A stretch of DNA of 64,000 nucleotides from Scyliorhinus canicula (Eukaryota). The position numbers and the translations under genes are program-made. The notes under the pieces are model-generated. The model made no database searches and was not told the DNA's origin. It saw only the letters and a list, made by a program, of their open reading frames with translations. Of this stretch, positions 23,099 to 36,785 are shown in pieces; the stretch's first letter is position 1; every line of letters begins with the position of its first letter. Where the stretch lies: contig NW_024055443.1 of NCBI RefSeq assembly GCF_902713615.1, positions 124,001 through 188,000 of the forward strand. The letters run 5' to 3'.

Positions 23099-23468
23099 GC
23101 ACTCACTCTCTGTTCAGTCCTGCCGCTCAATATTCACTTCAAATACACGTTTACTTCTGATCTAATTTACAATTTGACAGCAGTTTATAAAACCCAATGT
23201 ACATACGCTTTCTCCAAGAATCCGAAATAATAAAACCAGGATTATAGCCAAGTCTCTAATTGCTGAAACTGTGAACAGTAAATATAAACAGACAAAAGCT
23301 CATCCTATTTGATTGATTGGTTTGTTCGGTTTCATTGTTTAGTTTTCTCTGTGTGAGTTATGTAAGAAGCAGCGTGTGCAATGACTCTGATCACTGACAT
23401 TAATATTACATTTGAATCAAGTACTGACCTTCAGGTTAAGATGCAAGTTGCTGAATTCCCTCTCGAGC

Positions 23469-23507
23469 TGTTATTGTGCGGGTCCAGCCCTGGTCCCTCT
23501 CGCTGTG
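23469..23507 (-). promoter_or_regulatory. VH 23-RSS
   Basis: CACAGCG, 23-nt spacer, ACAATAACA. Confidence 0.93.
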
Positions 23508-23812
23508 GTCTCTTGCACAGTAATAGATGGCGGTGTCTTCGGTCTTCAGGTTCGTCATGGCCAAAGAGAAGATGTTGTTCGAAGTGTCTTTGGACGCAGT
23601 AAATCGATCTTTAATTGCTGGGGCGTAGCCGTTGCTAGATGAATCGTAGTAGCTAACCAGCCACTCCAGCCCCTGTCCGGGAACCTGGCGGATCCAGGCC
23701 ATGCTGTAGCTGCCGAGATTGAAGCCGCTGGATTTACAGGTCAGTCTCAGGGAGCCTCCGGGACGCCCGGTCTCTGCCTCTGGCTGAGTCAACACAACAT
23801 CCGACTGGACAC
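23508..23812 (-). CDS. IGHV: VH exon (leader part 2 plus V domain)
   Basis: TTTTACAG|GT GTC CAG TCG; [53 protein letters not shown]; open frame, canonical Cys/Trp/Cys. Confidence 0.98.
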
Positions 23813-23940
23813 CTGTAAAAATATATCAAAAAGCCCGAGGATTAATGCTGGTGAAATGATTGGTGACTCTGGAACATTCCAGAAAGAGACTAACACTGAG
23901 ACAGTAACAGTGAGAGACTTGGACAATAAAAACTACTCAC

Positions 23941-23986
23941 GGGATAAGAAAGTCAGCAACAAACTGAGAGAAATGGCCCACCTCAT
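23941..23986 (-). CDS. IGHV: VH leader exon (MRWAISLSLLLTFLS-R); in-frame upstream ATG at 23998
   Basis: ATGAGGTGGGCC...TTATCCC|GTGAGT; 128-bp phase-1 intron. Confidence 0.95.
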
Positions 23987-24076
23987 CCTTCTGGTCATTT
24001 GGGGGAAATGGTTGTGTCAGGGACTCAGTGAACAAACCAGCTCCCGGACTGTTGGATTCGGGTCCCAGTGAGCGGC

Positions 24077-24125
24077 ATTTAAATACCCGGCAGAAGGGGG
24101 CGGCTTTCCAGGCGCCGCCTATTGA
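24077..24125 (-). promoter_or_regulatory. Putative VH promoter (TATA-like plus GC box)
   Basis: TATTTAAAT at 24085-24077, about 80 nt upstream of the first ATG; GGGGCGG at 24097-24103; no perfect ATGCAAAT seen nearby. Confidence 0.55.
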
Positions 24126-25864
24126 TTCCCTGGTGGAGGCAGCGCCCAGATCCACGTCCCACCTTCCACACCCCCAACAGAATGGACTCAGAGATTTACT
24201 ATGGGATATTATTTTAAAAAGACATTAGATCGGTATCGGTATATTTGTTTGGCTGTATGTATTCATTGTAATGTCTATTCTCTTCCGAATGGAAAATTAT
24301 ATTTGAGCATCTCTAAGTAAAATTAAATTCTATTATATATTAAGTCTCTTTATTTCTACACTGCAATATAAAAGGATGAACATAAACAGATTAAATTGCA
24401 TTATCAGGGAATAAATCGTCCGTCTGTCTGATTTGCAACACTCTTGGTCTCTATCTCATAACAACAATAAAGTATAATTTAGCAGACGAAATGTAACTAA
24501 ATGAGGGAATGAATGACGTGATTACATTTGCAGTGCGGATGGCCATCACTGTACAATGTGGGTCTGTCGACAAGAAGAAACTCTCAAATTACACAATGTC
24601 TCTCTTTCCATTTCTCGAACTGTCCCTGAATCTCAGACAGTCCTGTGAACATTATCAGTGAAAGAAGCCGCTTGCCTGATAATTCAACAGTCAGTTGACA
24701 GAGAAACATAAAATTCACACCAGCTTTTGACAGAGAAGTTAATGAATCGGAACGGACGCGGCGATCAGTAAAGTTATGCTTTAGCATCCAAATCATTGCC
24801 GCTAATTTCACTGACCACCGGCTCTCTAACATTCACTGGTGTTGGGAACACACGATATCAGGAATTTGCGGCAAATTAAACAATACTTCAAGAATAAATG
24901 TTTTATCTTCCACTGAAGCAGGCCATGAACTGGTCATTTTTCCACTTATTGGCAGCAATGAGAGGGACTGTTAAATAATGGAAATCAGCACAAATTAAAC
25001 TGTACAGAACACGGTGTTAATCGGGTATAAGAGACGCCTCCGTTTAACGGAGATCAACAACTCGGAGAATATTCCAGGAATCCCCCCGAGTTCAATGCAG
25101 TTTATTTACTTTTATTTCATTTTATTTTATTTTTTGGAATTGGAGTCATCTTATTGAACTTGTAGATTGTGTCCATCAACGCCAATCACTCTCTCACTTC
25201 ATTCGGTTCTCAACAAACGGACTTTAATAACTAGAGTGATCTTTAATCATAACTAATATAAATTAAATAGCATCTGGTCAGGTTACTATTTTCCGATAAT
25301 GTTTAATCTCATAGTGAACAAAACATTCAGTGAATATATTTCTTTGCATGGAATACCGTTTAAAACGTTCACTTCATGTGCGACTAAAACATTTATTGTT
25401 TGAATGGATAAATCCCATTTAATCCATTCATATTCAGGTTAATCTGCCCCACACAGTATTTGGCAGCAATCCAGCCGCCTGCAGTCAGGGAGGCTCGAAT
25501 GTTCAATGTTGTTTACAGGAAACATCTGTATTTTTTTTCAAAGATCTGTTTGCTCAGTACTGACCGCTTGGCTGCTAGCCAACTTCAAACTCTCAACATT
25601 GTCAATGAGGACTATTTATAAACAAATCTACCCAGCAACAGTACTGGAGATCTTTTTATGTTTTAAATTGTGAACCTATTTGAACTGTTCCCATCCCTAA
25701 GGAAAGGAGAGTTATCCAGCTTCTCTGACCAATCGTAGCAATTGCCGGCTGGAGTATCGCTCCCACATCTCATAACATTGTGATGTTGGATTGGAATACA
25801 AGCAGACTATCAGGCAGGGGCTACATTTTGTAATAGATAAACATGTACATTTACGTGTTTTTCC

Positions 25865-26185
25865 CTTTATTCTTCCATGGAATGTGGGAGCCACTGTCAA
25901 GACCACCATGTGTTCCCTGTCCCTAATTGCTGTTGAACTGAGTGGTTTGCTGGGCCAGCTCAGAAGGAACTGAAGAGTCAGACATGTTGCTGCCGACTGG
26001 AGCCACGTGTATGTGAGACCAGGGAGGGATGTCAGATTTCCTTCATTAGTGAAGCAGAGGGGGTTTCATGGTGACCATTAGTATGTATTCCGGATTTATT
26101 AACTGAACTCAAATTCCCCCACCGGCCATGATGGGATTTGTACCCAAGCCCCCACAGAATTAGCCCGGGCCTTTGGATTATTGGT
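25865..26185 (-). mobile_element. tRNA-derived SINE sharing the CR1-group LINE tail (also 35930-36170, 40540-40755, 48985-49325, 57725-58110)
   Basis: Shared blocks GAGTCA..CA..TGCTG, CCTTC..CATTAGTGAA and GTTTCATGGT.ACCAT. Confidence 0.65.
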
Positions 26186-27299
26186 TCAATGCCATTAATA
26201 CTCCCCCACTACCGACCCAAAAGATAAAGGGATTACTGCTTTGATGTAGGGATGGATGTTTGTTAGATGCCGGAATATTTTGATTGTGGAATCGGTGAAT
26301 GGGTTTGATGGATGCATGGATAGATGGTCCTGAAAGATGCTGTTCTACATTCTCAGTTTTGTGCTTGATGACTTCACAAATTAAATCAGGCCCTTTATAA
26401 TTTGTGTCAGTATAATGCATTCGGTGGCTCAAGCTTTTCTGGGTGAATTCCATCCCCAGCCTATCGGGAACTGATGAGATGGACGTCACTAAGAGGAAAC
26501 TTGAGATATCCTGCGGTTCTGGTGATTCTTCTCTGCTGATGGCGAATCTTCATCTCAAAGACAGAAAGCAGGAACATGATGACGTTGAGGGGGGACGGTT
26601 GTAATATTTGGAACATGTGGTAATTTCATGTACAATAGGTCAATTAAGATGTCCTCACCCAAATTAATGAAGACACCAGACTGAAAACACATTAATGTGA
26701 AAACTGAAATACTGTGAAACTCAGTGGACAGCTGCAGACGTTGAATTAGTTTCCAAATCATTGTAATAACATACTGGGATTCAAAGATTCATCAGCGTCA
26801 CATTGGGTACAGACATTTTCATTTCTACCGACACTTTAAAAATCATCTCACACTCCAGTCTGGAGATTCTGTGTGACGATGAGGTGATTACTGACCAATA
26901 CAACGCAGAGGCTGCTGGGTAGCTGCACATAATCCTCGGCCTGGTTTAATTCCATTTCACATTGAATTCTGATGCAGATGTGACTACTCGGTGACAGAAT
27001 AGTCAATCCTATCTCAATTAAATTATGTTGAACATATGAGTATAGGAATTAGGAGCGGAAGTAGGCATTTCAGCCCTTTGAGCCTGCTCCGCCATTCAAT
27101 CATCATGGCTGCTCTCTTCCTGGTCTCAAATCCACCTCCCTTAAATGAATTGCATTTACAGTTTGTAAAAAAAAGTGTGGATCATAATTGGTGAATATAA
27201 CGTTTTATGTTGTGAGTTGATGATAATTGATTAATATCATTATTTAACTTTGTGAATTGTGACAATTGGTAATATTCGCCTCGGAATTGCTAAACAATG

Positions 27300-27990
27300 A
27301 CCATCTCCAGCAAAATAGAATCTCACCATCGCCACTTGATATTGACTGATACTGCCATCGCTGAATCCCGCACGATCAATACACTGGGGTTACTATTGAC
27401 CAGAAACTGTACTGGACTAACCATATAAATGCTGAGGCTACAAGATCCGGTCAGCGTCTCGGAAGCCTGCAGCGAGCAACTCACCTCCTGATTCCGAAAG
27501 CCTGTTCACCATCTGCAAGGCACAAGTCAGGACTGTAATTGAATACTCTGACACCTTCCAGGCCAAAGCAGCTCCGCTTGATTGCCACCCTATGCGCAAA
27601 CACTCATTCCATCCACCACCGACTAACAATGACAATCATGTACCATCCACAAGATGAGCTGCAGGAGCGCAGCATGTCTCCCTTGAAACACTTTCTAAAC
27701 CCAGGACCATTACCTCCCAGAAGGAAAAGGCAGCAGACACATGGGAAGATGACTACCTGGAAATTCCCCTCCAGATCACTCACTATCCTGACTTGGAAAT
27801 ATATCACAGAATCTTCAGTGTCGTGATTCAAAAACCTACAACTGCCTCCCTATCAGCATCGTCGGTGTATCTACACCAGAGTGACTGCAGAGGTTGAAAC
27901 AGGCAGTTCACTGCCTCTTTGTGAAAGGCAATTAGCGATGGACAATAAATCATGGCCTAGCCCTCGGCGGCCACACCGTATAACTTAATT
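27300..27990 (+). mobile_element. CR1-group LINE 3' fragment
   Basis: TIDQKL.WTNHIN..ATRSGQRL..SLFTICKAQVRTVIEY. Confidence 0.8.
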
Positions 27991-28639
27991 TAAAACTGTA
28001 CTTTGTGGAACGATGGCAATTTGTGAATCTAATTAATTATATTCATAAATGAATGGAAATTGGTGAATATAATTGTTATGCTTCTGAACATTTATGGCCT
28101 GCTCTTTCTCTGCTGGAAGATATAACCCATCCCACAGGAGATTCATGATGCAAAATCATAACCAATATCTGAAAACATAGTGGACAGAGGAGACTGCAGC
28201 AACTATTGGCATATCTCACTCATAGCACCACTGGGAAGGCCTTTCCAATGGTCACAGTTTAAACACTTCACCTGCTTGCAGGCTGAATGTTGCTGGAAGA
28301 AAGGGGCTGTGTTTGCGTCGCAAGATTTACTCTGGACATAATCTGCTCCCTATACCACATGCCTACCTCTTCACCTTACGTTCGTCAATCTCAATACAAA
28401 TTCGACACTGTCAGCGGAGTGGGGACTATATGATTTGGGGAAAATTGGCTGTCTGCCTAAGCTCCCCTGTCGCACTCACTCCTTCCATCGCAAAATGCAC
28501 TGCACTGTACTGATTGATGATTCCACTTCCGAATGATTCTAAGTGAATAATGGAATGAAAGAGGACCTCGTACCACACCCAACTCTATTCGCAGATTCCT
28601 CTCCATGCTGCTGATCTTCGCCTTCCCTGAAGGTATGGA

Positions 28640-29370
28640 TGAACCCACTTGCAAACTCATGGACTCTGTCCTCAGTGCCTTGTAACTTGTTCTTCCTTAA
28701 CATACGCATGAGGAAAACCGTGGCAGTGGGACAAGGTGTTGCACTCTCGCCATGGTCACACTAAATAAGAGCCGGTGAGCAGATTCTGCTCTCGAGATTC
28801 CATGGTGAGAGACTGCCTTGATGTAGAATGTGATGCTGTCATGGAGAAAGCAGATGCGACCTTTGTTTTTCTCATTGAATGCTCATGGAATAACATCAAA
28901 CTGACCCTTTGGAACAAGCAGGTGGTTTATAAGGCCTGAACGCCCAGAACCTTGTATGGCTGTGAAACAGGAACACCTGCACCTGTCAAGAAAAATAACT
29001 CAGCCAATGTCATCTTTGTTGTCCGCAATGCGTTATGGATATTTACTGGCCGGACACAATCAGAAATGCGGCAGTTTTCTCAAAGACAGAGCTTGCAAGT
29101 CTCTTCAAGAACATTTAAAGGAGATGGTTTGCACATTTCCAGTCTGGTCCCTAAATGGGACATAGTCACACGACCAAGGAATTTCCACTTTGCGAAGTAG
29201 CCGGAGCCAGGCACCCAGCGGAAGGCCGATATCCCGCTTCAAGCATTTTTCCAAGCGTGATATAATGTCCCGAAGCCTAAACATTGATCATCACAATCGG
29301 GTGGTACCAGCTGCAAACTGAAAAAATGGCGACACTCCGGTGGGCTGGTGTGAGCCACCAGGACCCACAC
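28640..29370 (+). mobile_element. RTE-clade (BovB-like) LINE C-terminal fragment
   Basis: VVYKA..TLYGCET.., CLRNALWIYWPDTIRN.., RWFAH, EFPLCE, a decayed RTE ORF end. Confidence 0.7.
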
Positions 29371-30099
29371 ACAGTCTCTCACACAAACATTCTCTCTGTC
29401 TTACATGCACACCCACATTTCCCCTTTAAAATTAAAATCCCATGTGAACTCCCTGGGAAGCTTCGGACACAATGGCCCCAACCATTTTGCAGGTGGTATA
29501 ATGAATCAATAAACTCTGTCCAACACTATGTTTGTTAGATGAATGTTACATTTACCATGGACTCCACACAACGCCCAGGTAAACATTCCTCTACTTAACA
29601 AAGATGAACAAAAATGAAAAAAAGATGACCAGGAATTGAGCCACTTTGCTCTGGTGCTGAACTCAATGTTGGAGAATCAGCCAGCGACACCTGCAATTAG
29701 TTACACCTTAAAATTTGGCACCTCCCGTAGAAGGCGATGTGATATTACATTTGTGCAAATGGATTATGGATACATCAACATCATGGATTATACCTGACAG
29801 GGACATTTTCACAGTAACTGCAATTGCAAAGTTTGGCCAGCAGATGGAATTTAAATCGAGATGTCTTGCATTACATGAAGCAGACATTGCCTCAATAATT
29901 ACTGCTGCCTCTGCTAATTTTAAATTGGACTCCATCTGTATTTTTGTTAGGCTAGACACTCTTTGTTTTTATACACGACACTCTGTTTCAATTAATACTG
30001 CACCAGTACTTGTCAATGTTTATATCACACAATCAATGCGATCCTATTTTCAATATGCAGGATCTGTCTCTGCAGTTTTGCCACATCCAGTCCTGAATA

Positions 30100-31500
30100 G
30101 TAATGAATAAATAGACAAAAGGCCGGAATAGGAGACTCAATAAAATTCCCCTCTTCAATGATGCGGGAGCCCAGCACGTCAGTGCAAAAAACAAGACTGA
30201 AAGTTTCTGCCAGAGGTGACGAGAGGATGATCCATCTCGGCCTCCTCCGGTGGTCTGCATCATCATGGATGTCAGTCTTCAGCAAATTTGATTCACTCCA
30301 CACGATATCAAGAAACGGCTGACGGCGCTGCTAATGCATTATCCCTGGCAACATTCTAGCAGCAATACTGAAGATGTGTGGTCTGGAACTGGCTGCGCCC
30401 CAGACAAGTTGCTCCAGTGCAGGAATAGCACTGACATGTACCCAACAATGTGTAACATTGCCAAACATGACCCGTCCACACAAGGCAGGAAAAAGCCAAC
30501 CCGGCCAATTATTGGCCCATCGGTCCGCATTCGATCATCAGCAACTTCATGAAAAATGTCAAGGAGCATCCTGTCACGTATAGTATCCTAGCATAGTGCC
30601 CCCGGCCCCGGACCTTCATCATAAGGTCAGAAGTGGGGATGTTCGCTGATGATTACCCAATGTTTTGCACCATATTCGATTACTCAAATACTGAAGCAGT
30701 CTGTCTTCATATACAGTAAGACTTGGACAACATTCAGGCTTGGACTGACAAGTGTCAGGCACTGACCACCCCAAAAATAGAGATGCTAACCAACTCCCCT
30801 TGATTTTAGTGACACTATCTTGATTGAATCCCCCACCACCATTAGCATTGATGAAAAACTGAACTGGAAGAACCATTTAAATAATGTGGCTACAAGAGCA
30901 GGTCAGTGGCTGGAAATTTTACGGTGAGTTACTCACTTCCTGACTTCCCAACCCCGACTCATCATCTAGAAGGCAGAAGTCAGGAGTTTAACTGAATATT
31001 CTCCATTTGTCTGAAGTGCCAACTCAAGCAACACTCGAGAATCTCAACGCCATCCAGGGCAGAGCAGCCGGCTCCAGAACACCCCATCCACCAGCTGAAA
31101 CATTCACTCCCTGCATCACGGGTGTACAATTCTAGCAGCGTGAGCGATATATAAGGATCGTACTGCAGCAAGTGCCTCCTTCTATACCACCTTCCAAACC
31201 CACGAACTCAGACATTGAAAGGGACCAGGCCCGACAGACGCATTGTAACAGCAGGACCTGCAAGTTCCCCGACAAGTCTCACGCCATCTTCATAGATTTC
31301 ATAGAATTTGCAGTGCAGAAGATGGGAACTATATCTCTGTTCCTTCACTGTCACTGGTCAGAATCCTGGAACTCCCTTCTTATCAGCTCTGTGGGTGGAC
31401 TTGCTCAGAATGGAATGCAATGGTTCAATAAGCGGGTTCAACACCACATTCCCAAGGGCAATTAGGAATTGGCATCAAATGCTGACGTTACTGGTGACAC
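30100..31500 (+). mobile_element. CR1-group LINE RT fragments
   Basis: RSEVGMFADD, QIQ..DLDNIQAWTDK, NWKNHLNNVATRAGQWL; many stops. Confidence 0.8.
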
Positions 31501-32051
31501 CAAGATGCCATTAAATCATTTTAAACATATCTCTCAGCTTACATTCACCTGACCCCCGCCTCTGTTTACATTACACTCGCCGTGTCTCTATCACATTGCA
31601 GCAGGTCCTGTCTCAGTTTCCCTGCACTCGGCTGAATATCAGTTGTAATATACAGGCCCACGCCCTGTTTATATTACAAATCATTAATAATAACTGCACT
31701 GAATCATGTCTCGGTCAGTCTGGCACGAAACACGTCACAATGGTTACAGCATCAGAACGTTTATCTGTGCATCGTAAACTGGAACAACATTCTGTTTGCA
31801 TCACGTGGTTCGGTCTCAGCTATTACTCGACAAGATAGTTAGATTCTAATAAACTCAATCCTGCTTTAGTTAATTCTACACCTGTCCATGTCCCTGTTTA
31901 TATAACACGAGTCCATGCCCCTGTTATTCTTGTGTTGTACGATATCCCTCTTATTGCTGAATTGATCATGTCTCAATTTGTATCAATCGACACTCCGCTA
32001 GACCAGAGCTCAGTTTATATTGCACTAGACCCAGTCTCTGATTATGTTATC

Positions 32052-32352
32052 GGCGGCACGGTGGCACAGTGGTTAGCACTGCTGCCTCATAGTTCCAGGG
32101 TTCAATTCTTGACGATCCATGTGGAGTTTGCACTTTCTCCCTGTGTCTGAGTGGCTTTCCTCCGGGTGCTCCTGTTTCCTCCCATAATCCAAAAATATGT
32201 AGGTTAGGTTTATTGGCCATTCTAAATTGCCCCTTAGTTTCCAGGGATGCGCAGGTCATGTTGCAAGGGCAGGGGATTGGGGAAGGTGTTCTTTCAGAGG
32301 TCGGGGCAGATGCTATGGGCCGAGTGGCCTTCTGCCCTGTAGGGATTCTATG
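32052..32352 (+). mobile_element. HE1-type SINE with CR1 tail
   Basis: GGCGGCACGGTGGCACAGTGGTTAGCAC head to GGGCCGAGTGGCCTTCTGCCCTGTAGGGATTCTATG. Confidence 0.9.
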
Positions 32353-32574
32353 TTTGATCCTGAATCTGCCTATTTTTTTCCGAGACCTGCTCCCTTTTAT
32401 TAATGCACCAGATGATGCCTCTGTTTTGAATTGTGGGCGCATTATTCCACATGTCTTTGAGATGGAAAGATAATATAATGAATAGATATTTTGGAAAAGA
32501 AATCAGTATATGGCAACAGCCTGAAACGGGATGTATAGTGTATACAGTGTGCGCTATGCAACATTTGATATTCC

Positions 32575-32845
32575 TTTTCAGTGCAGTCAACAGAATTAGA
32601 TTTCAGTTGGCATTACGTCGTTGCCGGTACCCAAGACCAATTCCTACCCCAGAGAGCTGTATGTGTAGGAGGATGCAGAGTATTGTGTTCCCATGTGCTT
32701 GCTGCCCTTGTGATTCTCGGGGGTCTCGGGTATGGAAGGTGCTGTTGAAGAAATCTTGGCGAGTTTCTGCAGTGCATCCCGTCGATGTTACACAATGCAG
32801 CTACTGTGTGCCTGCTGTGAAGAGAATGAAGTTGCTGTAACATTA
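32575..32845 (-). mobile_element. CR1-group LINE fragment
   Basis: SLHSRHTVAALCNIDGMHCRNSPRFLQQHLPYPRP. Confidence 0.8.
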
Positions 32846-33710
32846 GGTTCTGTCTCAGTTATTTATCTAATGGTCCTTTGTTTATGTTACACAATTACAA
32901 CTATTCCATTCCCTTAGTTTATTGCACTAGGCCCAGGCAATAGAAGTTCAGTTGTACAAGTTGAAGTGGCTGCAAGAAGATCAGGGAGATCTGCGCTTGT
33001 ATGTAGGTGCATCTAGGGTGCTGACAAGACAGACTATGACGTTTATCTTGACATAGATCAGCATTGCTTGCTGAAGAATTTTAGACTATCACTTTCCCAT
33101 CAGTTTTTTTAAATCTTCACAATTTCCACCTCAGCTACTTTCCAAATTATTGTGCATGGTCGATCGCAGCAATTACTGAGGCCGGGTCCAATGTAATATG
33201 AACAGAGATATGGCCCAGGGCAGAACTGAGGCTGTATCTAATGTAATACAAACAGAGACAGGTTTAAATGAATAAAAACAGAGTCAGGTTCTAGGTTAAT
33301 GTAAATAGAGACAAACTGGGTGCATAACTCCATTTGATATAGGAGCAGAATTAGGCCTTTCGACCCATCGAGACTGCTCCGCCATTAAATCATGGCCAAT
33401 ATGTTCCTAATCTCCATTCTCCTGCCTTCTCCCAATAGCTCCTGAATGCCTTATTGATCAAGACATGTCCTCTAATTGGTGGCCTAGTTTAATATGAACA
33501 AAGAGAAATAGGTCCTTATTTAATATAAACTGACACAGGTAAAAGGTAGTATAATATAAACAGAGACGGGCTCATGGCTTGGTTCAATACAGAGGCAGCG
33601 ACGACTGTCCCTTCAAACACTCGCAGGACAGGTACATCACAGGTTGGTGACAAAGAGAAACTCCCTCACACTGTCCCCATCAAACATTCTCAGAGCAGCT
33701 GCAGTTTGTT

Positions 33711-33938
33711 GTTTTTTTTTATAAATTTAGAGTCCCCAATTATTTTTTCCAATTAAGGGGCAATTTAGCATGGCCAATCTACCTATCCTGCACATCTTTG
33801 GGTTGTGGGGGTGAAACCCACGCAGACACGGGGAGAATGTGCAAACTCCACATGGACAGTGATCCAGGGTCAGGATTTGAACCCGGGTCCTCAGAGCCGT
33901 AGGCAGTTGTGCTAATCACTGTGCCACCGTGCCGCCCT
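33711..33938 (-). mobile_element. V-domain SINE, A-tail type, with 13-bp TSD
   Basis: TSD GCTGCAGTTTGTT at 33698-33710 and 33939-33951. Confidence 0.93.
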
Positions 33939-34359
33939 GCTGCAGTTTGTTTAGATATATAATTAAATTCCCTCTACATAACTCGCTGAAACATATTAAC
34001 TGCCTGGAAACCAAGAGTTCGATCCCACGCAAAACCTCTTCTGCAGTCTTCCTTCAGAGATCCTCAAGACAGGTTGACAGGAGAGTTAGTTACTGGGTAA
34101 AGAAATCTCTGCATTTTCCTATCAAACTTACCCAGGTCAGGTACGGCGCAGTTCAGATACGGAGTAAATCTCCCTATGCACAGTCATATCAAACACTCAC
34201 AGGGCAGGTTTATTGAAGGTTACATGCAAGTAAAGCTGGCTCTGCACTGTTCTGTCAAATGCTCCATGGGGCATGGCAGCTTGATTAAATACAAGGAAAG
34301 ATTCTTCGGCCCTGCCACATCAAATCCTCAACCACCATATGAATCCCCGATCAGATATA

Positions 34360-34545
34360 GGGGCTGCTTAGCACAGGGCTAAATCGCTGGCTTTGAAAGC
34401 AGACCAAGCAGGCCAGCAGCACGGTTCGATTCCCGTAACATCCTCCCCGAACAGGCGCCGTAATGTGGCGACTAGGGGCTTTTCACAGTAACTTCATTTG
34501 AAGCCTACTCGTGACAATAAGCAATTTTCATTTCATTTTTTCATT
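34360..34545 (+). mobile_element. Short tRNA-derived SINE, (CATTT)n tail
   Basis: Same family as 9080-9262; absent from copy B. Confidence 0.88.
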
Positions 34546-35384
34546 CCTATGGAGGAAAAATTTCTCTACAGTTCTCATTAAACACCAGTTATGAGAAAGA
34601 CACAGAGAGAGATAGGATACAGGAAAATTCTACTAACATACTTGGCATGCTCTTATATTTAGAAATTAGAGGGAATATTTCCTAATTATGAACATGGATA
34701 TCATCATGACATTTTTCTCATATAACTGCTGATTTAAAAATGTTGAAAAACAAACACTACTGGAATCCGTTGATCTATTTGTATCTTTGGCTCTATTTCT
34801 GTGCTGTGTTGGCGGGGAAACATTTGTTTTGCTTTTCTCAATCCGCAATCTAATCTGGAACTTCTATTTCTGTGTTTATTTACATAAACTCCTCACTGGT
34901 CACAATGAAATGTTCATGTCAGCAAAACGAGATAAACACAGTCACTTATTGATTAGTTTCAACTGAAAATAGCGGTTTATTTTAAGAATATTGACAGTTG
35001 GTTAAAATGAATAGAAACTTCCATTAGAACAGATGTTACTTAATTGAAATAAAACATACTTTAAATTAAGTATTCATTCTGAAAGTTCTGATGCCCCAAT
35101 TAATAAAGCATCTTTAACCAGCTACTTTTCCACTGAACGTTCATTTGATTGAAATATTATCCGATTTAAAGTAGATAGATTAAAACATCAGGTAGAGGAG
35201 TGACCTTCAGTCATATCAATGTCAGATCTTTCAACATAAGGTTAAGGGGGGGGGGGGGTGTTGGGTTACGGCTATAGGGTGGATACGTTGGTTTGAGTAG
35301 GGTGATCATTGCTCGGCACAACATCGAGGGCTGAAGGGCCTGTTCTGTGCTGCACTGTTCTGTTCTATGTTCTATATTACAACT

Positions 35385-35650
35385 TGCATTTAAAAATGTT
35401 AACATTTGGAAAGAGTTTGCTTTTGTATAACGCTTTACCCGACCTCAGGTCATCCCAACGGCCCCAAAACTCACTGATATATTTTTGCTGAATTTAGTCA
35501 CTGCTCCAATGTTGGAAACAGAGCGGAGAATTTGTGCACAGCAAGCTCCCACAAAATGGAGATGGGATAAGTGACCAACTAATCTGTGATTTTCGATGAA
35601 GAACGGACATTGGTCCAAGATACTGGGAAAAGCAGCTCTGCTCTTTAGAA
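35385..35650 (-). mobile_element. Old Deu-domain-like SINE (AmnSINE1/SacSINE1-type); paralog at 39975-40240
   Basis: GTGCACAGCAAGCTCCCACAAA, TTTAGTCACTGC and CGACCTCAGGTCATCCCAA resemble the reverse complement of the Deu domain and its tail (recognition from memory). Confidence 0.55.
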
Positions 35651-36604
35651 TTATATCAATGAGGTAATCCACCTGAAATGTGAATCTGTTCCTCTCTCTG
35701 CTGATGCTCACTGACCTGCTGAGCAGCCTTTTTTGTTGTTTTTGTTTTAGATTTACAGAATCTGCAGCACTTTGCACAGTTTTGGATTCATTCTCGCTAT
35801 ACAGCCATCATTAACTGTCCATCCTGAGAAGCCGGATGTGAACCATCTTTTTGATAAGGTGCACTTCGAGCGATTTTATTCACATTTGACTTTCTGTAGC
35901 AGCTTCCCTTCAACTGACTTGCTTGCTCGGCAATATCAGAGATAGTTAACAGTAAACCTCATCATTGTTGAACTAGAGTCACATATGGGCCAGACAGAGT
36001 AAGGAAGGAAGCTTTCTTCTCCTGAAGGACGCTGGTGAACCTGCTGGGGGTGGCGAAATTTCGATAGCTTCATAAGTATTACAAATGACAGGACTATTTT
36101 TGTCTGATTGATTAAGTCATTCAATTGAAAGTCTCTAAAGCTGCCATAAAACCATAATATGTAGGAGCAGAACTTGGCCAGTCGGCCCATGGAATATGAT
36201 CTGCCATTCAAAGAGATCGTGGCAAATCTGGTAAAATCCTCAAATCCACATTTCCACTTTACTCCCATAACCCTTGATTCTCTTACTGATGAAAAATTTG
36301 CCTGTCTCAGCCTTGAACATATTTATTGACCAGACGAACTCTCTCCGGCAAATAATTCTATAGATTCACTACCCTCTGAGAGAAGAAAGTCCTCTGCAGC
36401 CTCGTCTGAAATGAGTGGCACCTTACACTGAGATTGTGCCCTATGGTCCCAGACTCTCCCAAAAGCCGAAATAACCTCCAGCATCTACATTGTCAAGCCC
36501 CCTGAGAATACTGTATATCTCAGTAACTTCGCCTCTCATTCTTCTAAACTCCAATTCGTGTAGGCCTAACCGACATAAGCTCTGCCCATTTCAGTCTCTG
36601 TGGT

Positions 36605-36785
36605 CACAGTAAGAAGTCTTACAACACCAGGTTAAAGTCCAACATGTTTGTGTCAAACACTAGCTTTCAAAGCAGTGCTCCGAAAGCTAGTGTTTGAAAC
36701 AAACCTGTTGGACTTTAACCTAGTGTTGTAAGACGTCTTACTGTGCTCACCCCAGTCCAACGCCGTCATTTCCACATCATTGCCA
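36605..36785. mobile_element. Penelope terminal-repeat hairpin insertion (about 64-bp inverted arms) with 13-bp TSD
   Basis: Arms 36605-36668 / 36682-36745; TSD CAGTCTCTGTGGT at 36592-36604 and 36786-36798; empty site in copy B at 41382-41394. Confidence 0.9.

Noticed and set aside
26474-26503. CTGATGAG...GAAAC hammerhead-like string
   Set aside because: The intervening sequence cannot form stem II.
29708-30110. Overlapping 83-aa and 131-aa ORFs in non-repetitive-looking DNA
   Set aside because: No recognisable motifs or splice context.
35655-35790. Second-family PLE terminal relic with AGGTAATCCACCTGAAA (paralog at 40255)
   Set aside because: The CUGANGA core is lost, so it is not a functional ribozyme.
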